Notes: generated by a model from the letters alone, not told the origin. A stretch of 64,000 bases of DNA from a virus (IMGVR_UViG_3300028048_000066:84164-148163); one strand, 5' to 3'; shown: positions 20,301-29,826, counted from the first letter of the stretch. Numbers and translations are program-made.

Positions 20301-21328
20301 TCTCAGAAAAATCTATTACCTTGCGTGGTACAGATATGAATACAACCTCTTACTATATGGGTTATGATGATGAAACCTCTATTGTTAGATATATTGGTAA
20401 TAGTAGTTATACAATAGATGTCACAGGAGACCACTCAGGTCCAATACCAAATACAGCATATGATATTTATGAAATCCCATTTGATGTAGTAAGTGAAGCA
20501 CCATCTAATATTGGACATTTATGGTGGGAGGAGGATACATACTCATCTTTTATTAAAGGTTATGCTGAACTAAGTAGTATAGTGTACAGTTCTATTGACT
20601 TGTTAAATGAGGATATAAGCATTTCAGAATCAGAAGGTCGTATTATAAGAAACAACGGACAACGAGAGAGTGTTGTAGAAGTACCTGTTTACTTTACTCC
20701 AATGGGTTCAATTGGATTATTTACTGGTTGGTATTTCAAATCACTAAATTTAAATGCTGTTGGTGTTGGAACTGAACCTTTCACAGTAAATGTTGAAACT
20801 TCTTATAAGTTTAAGGTAGATTCCATACCACAAAATGTGTTTACAGATTCATTTGCTTATGAGTATTTTGTCCCATCAAGAACACAAGATTTATTCTTTA
20901 CAACACAGGGTGGTAATGTAAAGAAAGAAGATGTTTATGGCATATATACATATTTATCAACATTATTCTTATATAAATGTCTCGGTTTAATTTTACCAAT
21001 TGACACACATACATATACAATAGAAACAAGTGATTGGGTAGCAGCAAGTTCAGATTATAGTCCGTTTACATATACATATACAACACCAATAATAATGAAT
21101 GGACAAACAGTAGAAGATTTAACAATGTTCAAAACTATTGAGATTGCACCACAACAAGCAGTTTTAATTGCAAAAACAGGAATTGCTATTGTAGATGTAG
21201 TAGATGTTGATGGCGATGCAAATGTTGTATTTGGTGTATTAACACAACCAAGTGAAGCAATAGATGTTGTAGTATATAATCGTGGTATAATAGAAGACTT
21301 TGTTGGAATGCGTTATGATATGAATTAG
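17348..21328 (+). CDS. long tail fibre protein (1326 aa)
   Basis: multiple KQD(T/V)LTAG.NITI...Y.AG.G...F..D...ATK.DL repeats with coiled-coil segments; H.NN.VIH motif; variable C-terminal half. Confidence 0.8.
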   Translation: MNYIYGQLNQKVVKIEYEGISTDTSTTSVDNKGCAIGVDVRCVPYSLLINDEGRQTSYNGSSEVAFSLHNYTVSKLDDAGEGNVAAYELKKDGVKIGDTIEIPTQAPITSVSLDEDDGHFTLIFTTADDSFEVSADDLIMSCEGSEYILVDRVEGSNTYTISLNIDDLKSELDISGIEGDIDSLQDRVDILERDIATKQDALEAGDNISISGGVISAVDTTYSAGNGLSLDGTQFSVDTTTIATKGDVDTKQDVLSEAQLNAVNSGITTAKREGYDATVTTVGTITTTTLPTINNSITSLGNQIDEVKNDLDTVEGDIEDEVSDRQDADDVLSGRIDDAETAIAGKQDTLTAGANITIENNEISATDTTYTAGTGLDLTGTEFSVDETVIATKQDLESKQDTLTQAQQDAVDSGITATILSEMQSDIAGKQDTLTFDAEPTEDSTNPVTSGGVFTALEGKQDTLTAGEGITIEGNEISAEGKEYFAGTGLSLTGVDEDTFAVDTDVIATKEDLSGKQDTLDAGDNIIISGNEISAIDTTYEAGFGIKIADDSDEDEISAISIDEGIVATKLDLEGKQDVLTAGDNITIEDGVISSSGKIYSAGYGIDLVGYDDTFQIDTEVVATKNDLSGLEGEISDIETALDGKQDTLTPEQLAELNSGITEQKVADYDAHINNQVIHCTQEDKDLWDSNHLAPEGELNIEFNADVPSTVETAPLQNILVGDKNYKIYGSGDSGGSSGGGDSVITNETILPSSLTYANPGGMYAVNLEPEQKTYIQVGDAVKNLYFDTRTTPDIAKLDFKGAEYTTLVRFVSEDNYEWRQVYTYSSEPAEPKTGELWLDIQYDTDEETHITTVTKTLKRFSGDIWAVVEYTTELPQNPEVGQYYISNTSSNVFIYTTVVRNLLASAGGMWGGATIRFAYGTEPDEFKYYLLNGVIYYYDNGAWVNTHYVLDDSNPEEGQHFLKAEPSNKYTLKKYTNGAWYTIFSEKSITLRGTDMNTTSYYMGYDDETSIVRYIGNSSYTIDVTGDHSGPIPNTAYDIYEIPFDVVSEAPSNIGHLWWEEDTYSSFIKGYAELSSIVYSSIDLLNEDISISESEGRIIRNNGQRESVVEVPVYFTPMGSIGLFTGWYFKSLNLNAVGVGTEPFTVNVETSYKFKVDSIPQNVFTDSFAYEYFVPSRTQDLFFTTQGGNVKKEDVYGIYTYLSTLFLYKCLGLILPIDTHTYTIETSDWVAASSDYSPFTYTYTTPIIMNGQTVEDLTMFKTIEIAPQQAVLIAKTGIAIVDVVDVDGDANVVFGVLTQPSEAIDVVVYNRGIIEDFVGMRYDMN
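17930..19330 (+). repeat. intragenic fibre repeats (KQDTL / AG.G..I units)
   Basis: recurrent AAACAAGA(T/C)AC(A/T)TTA-type codon runs; about 9 KQD units in the protein. Confidence 0.8.
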
Positions 21329-21340
21329 TAAAGGAAGATT

Positions 21341-22189
21341 ATGTCAAAAGTATTAAAATTAAATGGTGAAGTAGTCCATAAAGTAAATGGAAAATATGTG
21401 AAGAAAGTCAATGATGATTTTGTTCAATGTGGTGCTATCACTATCCCTAAAGGAACAATTATAAATGTTGATTTCAATGGGGATGGTGAGGTTGAACCAT
21501 ATAGAGTTCTTGAATGCAAAATAACTAACACAGCAGTAGAATGTGAGTTGATGTGTATGTATGATTGGGCAAAATCTAAATATTATGAAGATGGAATTCA
21601 CGCAACATTTAGTAATGGTGTCATAGGATTAAAATATGAGGATTCTTTAGTAGATGAACAAGTTGGTTTATTCTATGACAGATTACTATATAAAGTAAAG
21701 CAATCCATTTTACCACAACATAAAGAGCAAGAAATGTGGGAGTATACTTATTTAGGAGATACACCAGGAACAATTGCGGAAGATGGATACTATGGCACAA
21801 TCAATTACAGAGATAATGATTACTACAAATTAACAAAGCAAGAGGGTGTTTTAGATTTAGGTGAAAGAAAAGTATATTTACCATCAGTAGAAAAGATTAT
21901 GCAATACTTAGGAAAAGAATATGGAGATATTACAACCTATGAAGAAGTATATGAAATGTTCTATGAAAGTGAAGAGATGGGAAATATCACAGATTCTGTT
22001 TGGTTAATGGATGCTTCATTTAGAGGAACACCAGAAGATAACCAAAATAAGAATGCTATGTTCTTTGCAAATAGACAATATGGAAACCTAGCAAATTATC
22101 ATTATCACAATGTATTTGGAGTAAGACCAATATTTGTAGTTGACTTATTAAAACTTATGGATGTTTATAATATGGTTATAGAGTTTTAG
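21341..22189 (+). CDS. DUF6273-like (C-type-lectin-like) virion protein
   Basis: YRVLE...Y..S.VD...KVYLPS.E...VWL...GVRP pattern. Confidence 0.55.
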   Translation: MSKVLKLNGEVVHKVNGKYVKKVNDDFVQCGAITIPKGTIINVDFNGDGEVEPYRVLECKITNTAVECELMCMYDWAKSKYYEDGIHATFSNGVIGLKYEDSLVDEQVGLFYDRLLYKVKQSILPQHKEQEMWEYTYLGDTPGTIAEDGYYGTINYRDNDYYKLTKQEGVLDLGERKVYLPSVEKIMQYLGKEYGDITTYEEVYEMFYESEEMGNITDSVWLMDASFRGTPEDNQNKNAMFFANRQYGNLANYHYHNVFGVRPIFVVDLLKLMDVYNMVIEF

Positions 22190-22204
22190 TGCTAAATTAA
22201 ATGA
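22190..22204 (+). promoter_or_regulatory. putative late-promoter motif TGCTAAATTAAATGA
   Basis: exact copy immediately after TAG of upstream gene. Confidence 0.8.
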
Positions 22205-22228
22205 GTAAAAACAAAGGAAAGAAAAGAA

Positions 22229-23236
22229 ATGGCAATAGATTATATTTATGGTAGTTTAGATGAATCAGTAGTTCCAGTATTTTATAATGGTAGTGAAACA
22301 AGCACTGCTATTACTACTGTTGACAATGATAAAAGAGTTATAAAAGTAGATGTAAAGAATAGTTCTAGTTATGAAGGTGGAGAAGGTATTGTTGTAAGTG
22401 ACAATACTATATCTATTGATGATGAAGTAGTTGCAACAAAAGAGGATGTAGCAAATGTTAGAACATACAAGACATTTAATAGTGGTTGGAATTTATCTGG
22501 AACAACACAAGAGTTTTGTCAAAGTGTTGAAGAAGATATACTAGCACCAGAAGGAACTGCATATTTAGGAACATTAAATTGTAAAGATTTACCTAATGAT
22601 ATGGTTCAAGCAGAAGCAATTGTAGAAATTATTTCAAGTGGTGCTAATGGTAAGTGCATTGATATTACTCTTACAAGTTTAGAAGTGTCACCTTATAGAT
22701 GGACATACTCTTATGGTAGAGTTAATGGTAGTGTAGTTACTGTTGGTTGGAAAGGTAGTCAAGAAGAATTAGTTAGTGGAACGAATATTAAGACTATTAA
22801 CGGTAGTTCAATATTAGGCAGTGGAGATTTAACTATTAGTGGTGGAACAACATTAAATTATTATACTTATAGTTTAGGAACTTCTTTAATTGGTAAAACA
22901 AGTAAAATAATAAATATATTAAAAAATGCAAAAGGGCGTATACTTGGTTATTTACGATTTAGAGTAAGTGAAACGCCTATTGTTGATATGATAGTTCATT
23001 TTAATAATGCTGAATATTATAATGATAGTTATGCAAACAATATAAGATTTAGAGGTGTACATTATACACAAAGTGCATTATACCTATATGATATTTATTT
23101 AATCAATGGCGTAAATGAGGGTATATTTTCTAATTCGTGTTTAAAAATTGAAAATAATACAATAACAAGTGCATTAAATCTTGGTATGCAATTAGGGGGA
23201 TATATTGCTTACTTTAATGATACACAATTACACTAA
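22229..23236 (+). CDS. short tail-fibre-like protein; N-terminus paralogous to 17348
   Basis: YIYG...T.T..TVDN....I.VDV shared with 17348; QEELVSGTNIKTINGSSILGSGDLTI fibre motif. Confidence 0.75.
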   Translation: MAIDYIYGSLDESVVPVFYNGSETSTAITTVDNDKRVIKVDVKNSSSYEGGEGIVVSDNTISIDDEVVATKEDVANVRTYKTFNSGWNLSGTTQEFCQSVEEDILAPEGTAYLGTLNCKDLPNDMVQAEAIVEIISSGANGKCIDITLTSLEVSPYRWTYSYGRVNGSVVTVGWKGSQEELVSGTNIKTINGSSILGSGDLTISGGTTLNYYTYSLGTSLIGKTSKIINILKNAKGRILGYLRFRVSETPIVDMIVHFNNAEYYNDSYANNIRFRGVHYTQSALYLYDIYLINGVNEGIFSNSCLKIENNTITSALNLGMQLGGYIAYFNDTQLH

Positions 23237-23294
23237 TTATGAACGAAGCATTAGTAAAATTAGATACACAAATATAACGCAAAGGAGATAAATT

Positions 23295-23405
23295 ATGCAC
23301 ACAGCAAGAGAACTATTAGCATATATAGAGCAAAAGATTAAAGAGCAATTAAAACAAATACAACAACCAGAAGAAGATAATGATAATTCTTCTGATGATG
23401 AATAA
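23295..23405 (+). CDS. 36-aa small protein (MHTARELL...), not in ORF track
   Basis: AAGGAG RBS, ATG 23295, TAA 23403-23405. Confidence 0.6.
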   Translation: MHTARELLAYIEQKIKEQLKQIQQPEEDNDNSSDDE

Positions 23406-23424
23406 TATAAGGAGAAAATAAACT

Positions 23425-24003
23425 ATGAGCAAAACATTTATAGAAAGTATTATTCCTTTTATAACATCAATGAGAAAAGGAATTAGTGATGAAGGTGGTT
23501 CTACACCAAAGTTCATTAAGTTCAATAATGGTGATAATTTCATTGATTTCCATTTTGATACAACTTCAACACCTACAAAAGATGACTTTGACCTAGTAAC
23601 TATGGAAGGAGAATTATTTAGTGTAATTGCTGGTTTTGAATGGCATCAAAAAGATGGAAATATTAAATATGATGGATTTGCAGTTGAGGTTATACCAGAA
23701 GGAACAGAAATGGAAGGTGAAGTATTAAAAGGTGATTTTTTCACAATTATTGACTTTGAAGGTTATGGTATTTATTACAATGATATAGCAGCAGAATATA
23801 TGAGTAAAGATGGTGAGGTGATAGAACCAGGTTGGAAAACAGATTCATTTAGATACTTTGCAAAAAACATAAGACAAAGTTTTGATTTAGATGAAGGGTG
23901 TTATGGTACAATGATTGATGCACTTGGTGGTATGGATGCAAATTATGACCAAGAAGCAAATGGTAAAATATATGGTTTCCTAGATGGAGATATAAAACAA
24001 TAA
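23425..24003 (+). CDS. PFIxNMR-leader family member 1 (one variable domain)
   Basis: MSKTFIESIIPFITSMRKG N-terminus. Confidence 0.85.
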   Translation: MSKTFIESIIPFITSMRKGISDEGGSTPKFIKFNNGDNFIDFHFDTTSTPTKDDFDLVTMEGELFSVIAGFEWHQKDGNIKYDGFAVEVIPEGTEMEGEVLKGDFFTIIDFEGYGIYYNDIAAEYMSKDGEVIEPGWKTDSFRYFAKNIRQSFDLDEGCYGTMIDALGGMDANYDQEANGKIYGFLDGDIKQ

Positions 24004-24032
24004 GAAAATAATTTAATGAAGGAGATATAATT

Positions 24033-24176
24033 ATGACAAAAGAAGAATTTGTAAAAGCATTTAGAGAAAAATTAAGAAAGGCACTAGAAGAGCAAAACAA
24101 AAAGAATGCACAAGTAGTTGAAGAAGCACCTAAAAAGAAAAGGGGAAGACCATCAAAGAAAGTAGAGGAGAAATAA
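24033..24176 (+). CDS. 47-aa basic peptide with AT-hook-like motif (KKRGRPSKK), not in ORF track
   Basis: AAGGAG RBS, ATG 24033, TAA 24174-24176. Confidence 0.7.
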   Translation: MTKEEFVKAFREKLRKALEEQNKKNAQVVEEAPKKKRGRPSKKVEEK

Positions 24177-24177
24177 G

Positions 24178-25140
24178 ATGAGTAAAAGTTTTATTGAAAA
24201 GTTAATACCATTCATTACAAATATGAGAGTAGGTGAAGGTGAAGATGCACCAGTAACAAGTTTGACACCATTTTCAGTTGGTCAAATAATTAAAGGTTTT
24301 GATTTTGGTAATGTTAAGAATGGAGATGTAAGTGCTGAATTAGATAACTTCTTACTTACACAATTACCTGATTTTGGTGGAAGCGAGTCTACAATTGGCT
24401 ATTTTATGATTGGAGATGGTGATATTTCATTGATGGGTTATAATATGAACAATATACAAGAAGGTCTTGGTATTATATTTACTTCTGATAATAATTTGAC
24501 TGTGTTATATGCAACACAAGATTTTGATATTGAGGGCACAAGTGGTACAAAAGGTTTCCAAAACTTAACAGGTGGCAAGTATAATTTAGATTATAGTTCA
24601 ACTATTGTTGAAGTTAGTGAAAATATTGAAGATACATCTTGGAATGGAACACTTATTGGTGCTATTGAAGAAGAACCAGGTCCAGAACCACCAACACCTC
24701 CAACACCAGGGGATTTAACACCATTTGAATCAGGTGGAAGTTTACACGCAGGAGATAAACTTGTAGTAGATTTAAGTGCATCTAATAGTGATATTGTAAA
24801 TTATTTATCAACATTAACATATGACCCACAATCATATAGTTGCTTATTATTAAATACAACAAATGAACCAGGACATTCAGGTCAATCATTTAGAATTGCA
24901 GCAATGCAATTTGGTACTCAGTATGTTATTATGGGAACAGATGCAACAGGTTACCCATCATCTTTCTGGGGTTATGATACAAGCACAGGTGAAGGTGGTT
25001 GGCAATTAAAAGAATTTGATGGAGATAATTATTACACAATTAAAGTTGATGGTGGTGTAGAATATTATTCAAATATTGTGCTAAATGATACAGCAGAAGG
25101 ATGGAATGGTGTATTCATTGGCGTAGAAAAAGGAGAATAA
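24178..25140 (+). CDS. PFIxNMR-leader family member 2 (two WNGxxIG domains, Pro/Thr linker)
   Basis: MSKSFIEKLIPFITNMRVG; WNGTLIG and WNGVFIG domain ends; EPGPEPPTPPTP linker. Confidence 0.85.
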   Translation: MSKSFIEKLIPFITNMRVGEGEDAPVTSLTPFSVGQIIKGFDFGNVKNGDVSAELDNFLLTQLPDFGGSESTIGYFMIGDGDISLMGYNMNNIQEGLGIIFTSDNNLTVLYATQDFDIEGTSGTKGFQNLTGGKYNLDYSSTIVEVSENIEDTSWNGTLIGAIEEEPGPEPPTPPTPGDLTPFESGGSLHAGDKLVVDLSASNSDIVNYLSTLTYDPQSYSCLLLNTTNEPGHSGQSFRIAAMQFGTQYVIMGTDATGYPSSFWGYDTSTGEGGWQLKEFDGDNYYTIKVDGGVEYYSNIVLNDTAEGWNGVFIGVEKGE

Positions 25141-25141
25141 G

Positions 25142-25672
25142 ATGGAAAAAAGTTACATACAAAAAATTATACCTTTCATAGATAATATGAGAGTACAAAG
25201 TGAAGGTGGAGAGCCAACACCAGGCAAAGAAGGAACACCATTTGAGGTAGGTCAAGTTTATAATTATGCTTATTATAATACAGAATTGTCTTATACACAA
25301 ATCAATTCTATTTTAGAAAATCTTAATTATGATATTGGTGATGAGGATTTCAAAATTGCTCAAATTATAATTGATAATGAAGAGAAACCAACTGATTATT
25401 TTTCATTAACTGCTTGTAGATTAGATAAATCAATGTTTGACCCAGAAGCAACTGGTTATGTATATGGGTTTTTAGCAGACAATGATGCTGGTAGTGTTGT
25501 AGATGGTTTCATATATATGAGTGAAACACTAGATGTTGAAGGCACTATAGTTGAACAAGGTTGGCATACAACAACACCAGGACAAATTACATTATCCGAT
25601 AGAGCAATAGTTGAAGTAAAGAATTGGGATAAAGTAAATACAATATTTAGTTCAACACCATTTGAAGAATAA
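25142..25672 (+). CDS. PFIxNMR-leader family member 3
   Basis: MEKSYIQKIIPFIDNMRV; GGEPTPG linker. Confidence 0.85.
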   Translation: MEKSYIQKIIPFIDNMRVQSEGGEPTPGKEGTPFEVGQVYNYAYYNTELSYTQINSILENLNYDIGDEDFKIAQIIIDNEEKPTDYFSLTACRLDKSMFDPEATGYVYGFLADNDAGSVVDGFIYMSETLDVEGTIVEQGWHTTTPGQITLSDRAIVEVKNWDKVNTIFSSTPFEE

Positions 25673-25682
25673 GGAGAAAAAT

Positions 25683-26969
25683 ATGGAAAAGACATTTTTA
25701 GAGAGTATAATCCCTTTCATTACTAATATGAGAAAGGGTGTAAGTGAAGACCAACCAATAGTTAGTTTAATTAAGTTTAAGGGTGGAGATACATTTAAGG
25801 ATTTCCACTTTGATACAACAAAAACACCAGTAAAGGATGATTTTGATAATTGGACAGATTCAGATTTTGGTTCATATTCTTTAATGTGTGGTTTTGATTG
25901 GTATTGTGAAGATGAAAAATCACACGAACCAGTGGAACTAGACACAATGATTATGGCATATTTCTTCCCAAAAGGTATGCCTATGGGTGAAGGTGTAGTA
26001 GTAGAGCAAGACTCGTTTGGTATTATATATGGTGCTGGTTATCCAATTTATTGTGATGAAGGTATGGCACAGGTGTTATCGCTTATGATGGGTGGAGAAG
26101 TCCCAGTTGGTTGGGCATCTGATTCAATGAAGAACGGATATACATCTCAATATTATTTACAAGAAAATGCTTATGGACATCTTTGGAATCAAGGAACAGA
26201 AGGTGTAGATTATAATAAAGATTGGAATGGAAAGTTTATTGGATTCAAAGAAGAAGACTATTATGAACCTGGTCCAGCACCAACAACATATACTATCACA
26301 ACAAATAGTATAGACAACACAACAATTTCAGGTGAAGGGACATATGAAGAAGGAACAGATGTTGTAGTTTCTATTCAAGCAAATAATGGATACAGTTTTG
26401 TAGGCACACCAACTGCAACAGAAAACGGTGAAGCACTTGAATTAACAAATGTTGAAGGTGTATATTCAGCAACAATTACAGTTAATCAAAATGTTTCAAT
26501 AGAGTTTACAGCAACAGTAGAAGAGCAACCAACACCTATTACAATCTTACCTTTATATAATGGATTAACTTTACATAATAGCGATAAGTTAGCAGTAGAT
26601 ACAACAAAAGGTGATGAGTTTGCATCTTATTTAGGAACACTTGCATATTCAGAAAGTAGATATACTCTAATGACATCACAATATCAAGGTCAACAAGTTA
26701 GACTAATGAGAGCAAGACAAGGAGATAACCCAGGTGAATATTTTGTAATTATTGGAAATAAACCAATTTACGCAACATATACAGGAAGTTGGAATGGTTG
26801 GATGGATGGTGTAGAATATGATGTATCATTCACAGAAGGTTTCAATAATGTGGAAAATGGTTATTATGCAGTAGACCTTTCAATATTCAGTACTGATTAT
26901 CAAGATATTTTAGCAATTACAGATACAGACCCAGCAACTTGGAATGGTGTTATTATAGGAACATATTAA
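25683..26969 (+). CDS. PFIxNMR-leader family member 4 (domain + Ig/InlB-B-like repeat + domain)
   Basis: start moved to ATG 25683 behind AAGGAG; MEKTFLESIIPFITNMRKG; central GEGTYEEGTDV...ANNGYSF Ig-like repeat. Confidence 0.85.
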   Translation: MEKTFLESIIPFITNMRKGVSEDQPIVSLIKFKGGDTFKDFHFDTTKTPVKDDFDNWTDSDFGSYSLMCGFDWYCEDEKSHEPVELDTMIMAYFFPKGMPMGEGVVVEQDSFGIIYGAGYPIYCDEGMAQVLSLMMGGEVPVGWASDSMKNGYTSQYYLQENAYGHLWNQGTEGVDYNKDWNGKFIGFKEEDYYEPGPAPTTYTITTNSIDNTTISGEGTYEEGTDVVVSIQANNGYSFVGTPTATENGEALELTNVEGVYSATITVNQNVSIEFTATVEEQPTPITILPLYNGLTLHNSDKLAVDTTKGDEFASYLGTLAYSESRYTLMTSQYQGQQVRLMRARQGDNPGEYFVIIGNKPIYATYTGSWNGWMDGVEYDVSFTEGFNNVENGYYAVDLSIFSTDYQDILAITDTDPATWNGVIIGTY

Positions 26970-27052
26970 AAATGTATGGACTTATTACATTGATTATGAT
27001 AGGTGTTACTTGTGTGTGCATACTAATTGCACTATCAAAATAACACACACTT

Positions 27053-27088
27053 AAAATAAAAGTTGTCCTAGCGATAACTTTTATTTTT
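27053..27088 (+). terminator. intrinsic terminator (possibly bidirectional)
   Basis: AAAATAAAAGTTGTC...GATAACTTTTATTTT inverted repeat. Confidence 0.7.
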
Positions 27089-27111
27089 ATGCATTTAGTG
27101 TTATATTTTAA

Positions 27112-27126
27112 TGCTAAATTAAATGA
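27112..27126 (+). promoter_or_regulatory. putative late-promoter motif TGCTAAATTAAATGA
   Basis: exact copy. Confidence 0.8.
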
Positions 27127-27151
27127 TAAAGAAATATTAGGAGAAAGGCAG

Positions 27152-27547
27152 ATGATACAACATATTGACCCAATATTAAATCCAGATAATAGGAGAAAAC
27201 CTTTAGATATAAACATAGAGGATATAATAGTCGGTGGAACAACAATTCACACTTTTGAAATTCCTCTAAATATTATCACTGATGTTTTATCCCTTGATAT
27301 TCTCTATGGATATGGAATTGATGTTGTTATAGATAAAACACTTAATGATTATCCTAGTGTTAGTTATACAGTTAAAGATGGGGTTACAAGTTTAAAATGT
27401 GTGTTAAGTCCAGAAGATACAATTAAGTTTAAAGATTGGTATAGAGATGCTACAGTTCAATTAAAATTTGTTATGTTTGATGGTGGCACGACAGATTATA
27501 GTGACATTTATTATTTAAGGGTATTGAAGACATTAGATAATAACTAA
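27152..27547 (+). CDS. BppU-like baseplate Ig-fold protein
   Basis: start moved to ATG 27152; GGTT.HTF.IP...LSPEDT.KF...VQL pattern. Confidence 0.6.
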   Translation: MIQHIDPILNPDNRRKPLDINIEDIIVGGTTIHTFEIPLNIITDVLSLDILYGYGIDVVIDKTLNDYPSVSYTVKDGVTSLKCVLSPEDTIKFKDWYRDATVQLKFVMFDGGTTDYSDIYYLRVLKTLDNN

Positions 27548-27561
27548 AGAGGTATAGAGTT

Positions 27562-28386
27562 ATGGCAATAAAAGTTAATATCAAAGGAAACTCAACTATA
27601 CCTGTTGATATGTCAACCAATAATACAAACATTGAGATGACTAATAACTGTGAAGTAGCACATAAGATACTTCATAGTGAAATCGTTGCAGAAACACATA
27701 GAGCAACTGCAAGAGAAGATGAACTAGATAGAGAAATACACACAAAACAAAATCTTGGGTATATTAAGTTAGATAAATACTTAATGAACCCAGATTGTGG
27801 TGTAATTACTGATAGAGATGACTTATTTCAATTAAACTCTTATCTAGTAAATAAAGTGTCAGTCAATAATGATATTTATTATCTAACAGTATCAGACAAT
27901 ATAGATTTGGTTTATTTTTGTACAAGTGTATTAGCAACTAAAAACCAAATAACTGTTAAAAGAGCAACAGGACAATTTCAAGTAACAGAAGTAGAAGTAG
28001 GAACAACTTTCCACAACTTACTTCATAACCTAGATTATTTAAGTAGTGGGCATACAGGGTTTGCAGGAATTGAGTTTGGAACAACAGCACAATGGAATAG
28101 TAGGCCAGATTATAGGCCAGTAGAAGGTATGATAGTTGTTTATACTGATTATGCAAAGGATAGTCAAGGAAAAGATGTGTATGGTATAAAGGTTGGAGAT
28201 GGTAATGCTTATCTCAAAGACAAAGGTTTTATTGCAGGAAATATAGCAGATATATTAAGAGAGCATATAAACAATGAAGTAATACACATAACAGAAGCAG
28301 AAAGACAAAGATGGGATAATAAAATAAATCTTGAAAAACCTACAACACCAGGTATGGAAGATTTATTGATATTTAATAGAAATTAA
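27562..28386 (+). CDS. tail-associated protein with Mtd_N/hyaluronidase-N-like domain
   Basis: GTTAQW..P.EG.IVVY.D...IKVGDG motif; HINNEVIHIT..ER..W. Confidence 0.65.
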   Translation: MAIKVNIKGNSTIPVDMSTNNTNIEMTNNCEVAHKILHSEIVAETHRATAREDELDREIHTKQNLGYIKLDKYLMNPDCGVITDRDDLFQLNSYLVNKVSVNNDIYYLTVSDNIDLVYFCTSVLATKNQITVKRATGQFQVTEVEVGTTFHNLLHNLDYLSSGHTGFAGIEFGTTAQWNSRPDYRPVEGMIVVYTDYAKDSQGKDVYGIKVGDGNAYLKDKGFIAGNIADILREHINNEVIHITEAERQRWDNKINLEKPTTPGMEDLLIFNRN

Positions 28387-28416
28387 AAGATAAAAGTAAA
28401 AGGAGATAAAAAATTT

Positions 28417-29745
28417 ATGGCAATTTATACAGACTTATCACAATTAGGTAGAGTCCAATTACCAGGTGGAACTACCAAATATGAACTTGTAGATGTAGAT
28501 GGTCGTTTGATGTTAGCACCTGAATATAGCACTACTGCATCTTACAGTGTAGGTGACCACATAAGATATGATGGTTCACCTTATGGTTGTAATCTTTATA
28601 GAGCAAAAGTAGATATTCCAGCACCAGCAGGAGCATTTGATGCAACAAAATGGGACAATGTAACAGTTGATAGCGAAATTAGAAGATTAGAAGGTATAAT
28701 GGCAGGTGGTGTTCATTACAGAGGAAAAACCACAACAGTATTATATGACGGTGCAACAACAAATCCAATTACAATAAATGGAGCATCTTACACAGCAGAA
28801 AGTGGAGATTTAGTATTATTAGATTTAACAAGTGCAAGTGTTGTAGTAACTTATGCAACAAACACTGCTTATGCAATTCATACATACATTAAGGATGGTG
28901 CTTTATATTATATCACAACTGATGCTATTACTGCAATAGAAAATACTTCTATTGATGCAATTTCAAGTAAAATAGACCAACTTAAAAATGAACCAGAGTT
29001 TTTATTTGATGGAACAAGTTGGGCAGTATTGGGTTCAATTAGCGAAGGTCTTGGTGATTTAGCATATAAAGATAGTGCAAGTGGTCCATACACAAGACCA
29101 ACAGGCAGTGGTTCAGTAACTATTAAGAACTATACAGAAACAACAAAGTATTTAGTAAGAACAACTATTACAGGAACAAATGGAACAGATAGTGCTACAT
29201 TAGTAAGTGGTGGTTCTTCAAAGAATCAATGGAAACAAGATTCAACAAACCCAACAGTTGTTTATGGAACAGCAGATGTAGGCACAGCAGTTACTTACGG
29301 AACAGCAAACCCAGGAACAGCAGTAACAGGTGTTGCCCAAGTAGACTCTCAAAAATCATTTGATACAGATGGTGCAAAAGTTGTTGGTGTAGAAGGGGAC
29401 TGTTTAGTATTTGATTATGCTACAAAAGGAAATATCTATGGAGTTAAAGATGCAACAGGTGTTTCAATTACACCAGCAGTTGCTTCAAATACAACACTAA
29501 CACCAGCAAAGGCAGCAGATTCTACAAGAACAATAAACAACCTTGTATCAGATGGAACACTCACTGGTTCATATACATTAACTGATAAGACATTAGCAAA
29601 AGTAGCAAGTTCAGCAACTTATGTAGCAACAGGTGCAGTTGGTGATAGTGCAGATGGTAATGCAGTTCTTACAGCACTCACACCAGGAACAGAAAGTGCA
29701 ACAGTCACAGTTGGAACAGAATCAGCAACAGTTACAGTTAAATAG
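28417..29745 (+). CDS. Thr/Ala/Gly-rich virion structural protein with CBM5/12-like module
   Basis: EYSTTASYSVGD...LYRA...FDATKW carbohydrate-binding-like motif; LGDLAYKDSASG fibre motif. Confidence 0.7.
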   Translation: MAIYTDLSQLGRVQLPGGTTKYELVDVDGRLMLAPEYSTTASYSVGDHIRYDGSPYGCNLYRAKVDIPAPAGAFDATKWDNVTVDSEIRRLEGIMAGGVHYRGKTTTVLYDGATTNPITINGASYTAESGDLVLLDLTSASVVVTYATNTAYAIHTYIKDGALYYITTDAITAIENTSIDAISSKIDQLKNEPEFLFDGTSWAVLGSISEGLGDLAYKDSASGPYTRPTGSGSVTIKNYTETTKYLVRTTITGTNGTDSATLVSGGSSKNQWKQDSTNPTVVYGTADVGTAVTYGTANPGTAVTGVAQVDSQKSFDTDGAKVVGVEGDCLVFDYATKGNIYGVKDATGVSITPAVASNTTLTPAKAADSTRTINNLVSDGTLTGSYTLTDKTLAKVASSATYVATGAVGDSADGNAVLTALTPGTESATVTVGTESATVTVK

Positions 29746-29770
29746 TGTCATAAATATAAATATAAAAAAT

Positions 29771-29797
29771 AAAGAGAGTTGAAATATACTCTCTTTT
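29771..29797 (+). terminator. intrinsic terminator
   Basis: AAAGAGAGT-tgaaatat-ACTCTCTTT stem plus T-run. Confidence 0.8.
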
Positions 29798-29811
29798 ATG
29801 CTTTTAAAGAG

Positions 29812-29826
29812 TGCTAAATTAAATGA
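29812..29826 (+). promoter_or_regulatory. putative late-promoter motif TGCTAAATTAAATGA
   Basis: exact copy right after terminator. Confidence 0.8.

Noticed and set aside
26972-27043. 23-aa hydrophobic ORF (MYGLITLIMIGVTCVCILIALSK)
   Set aside because: Too short and RBS too weak to support without expression data
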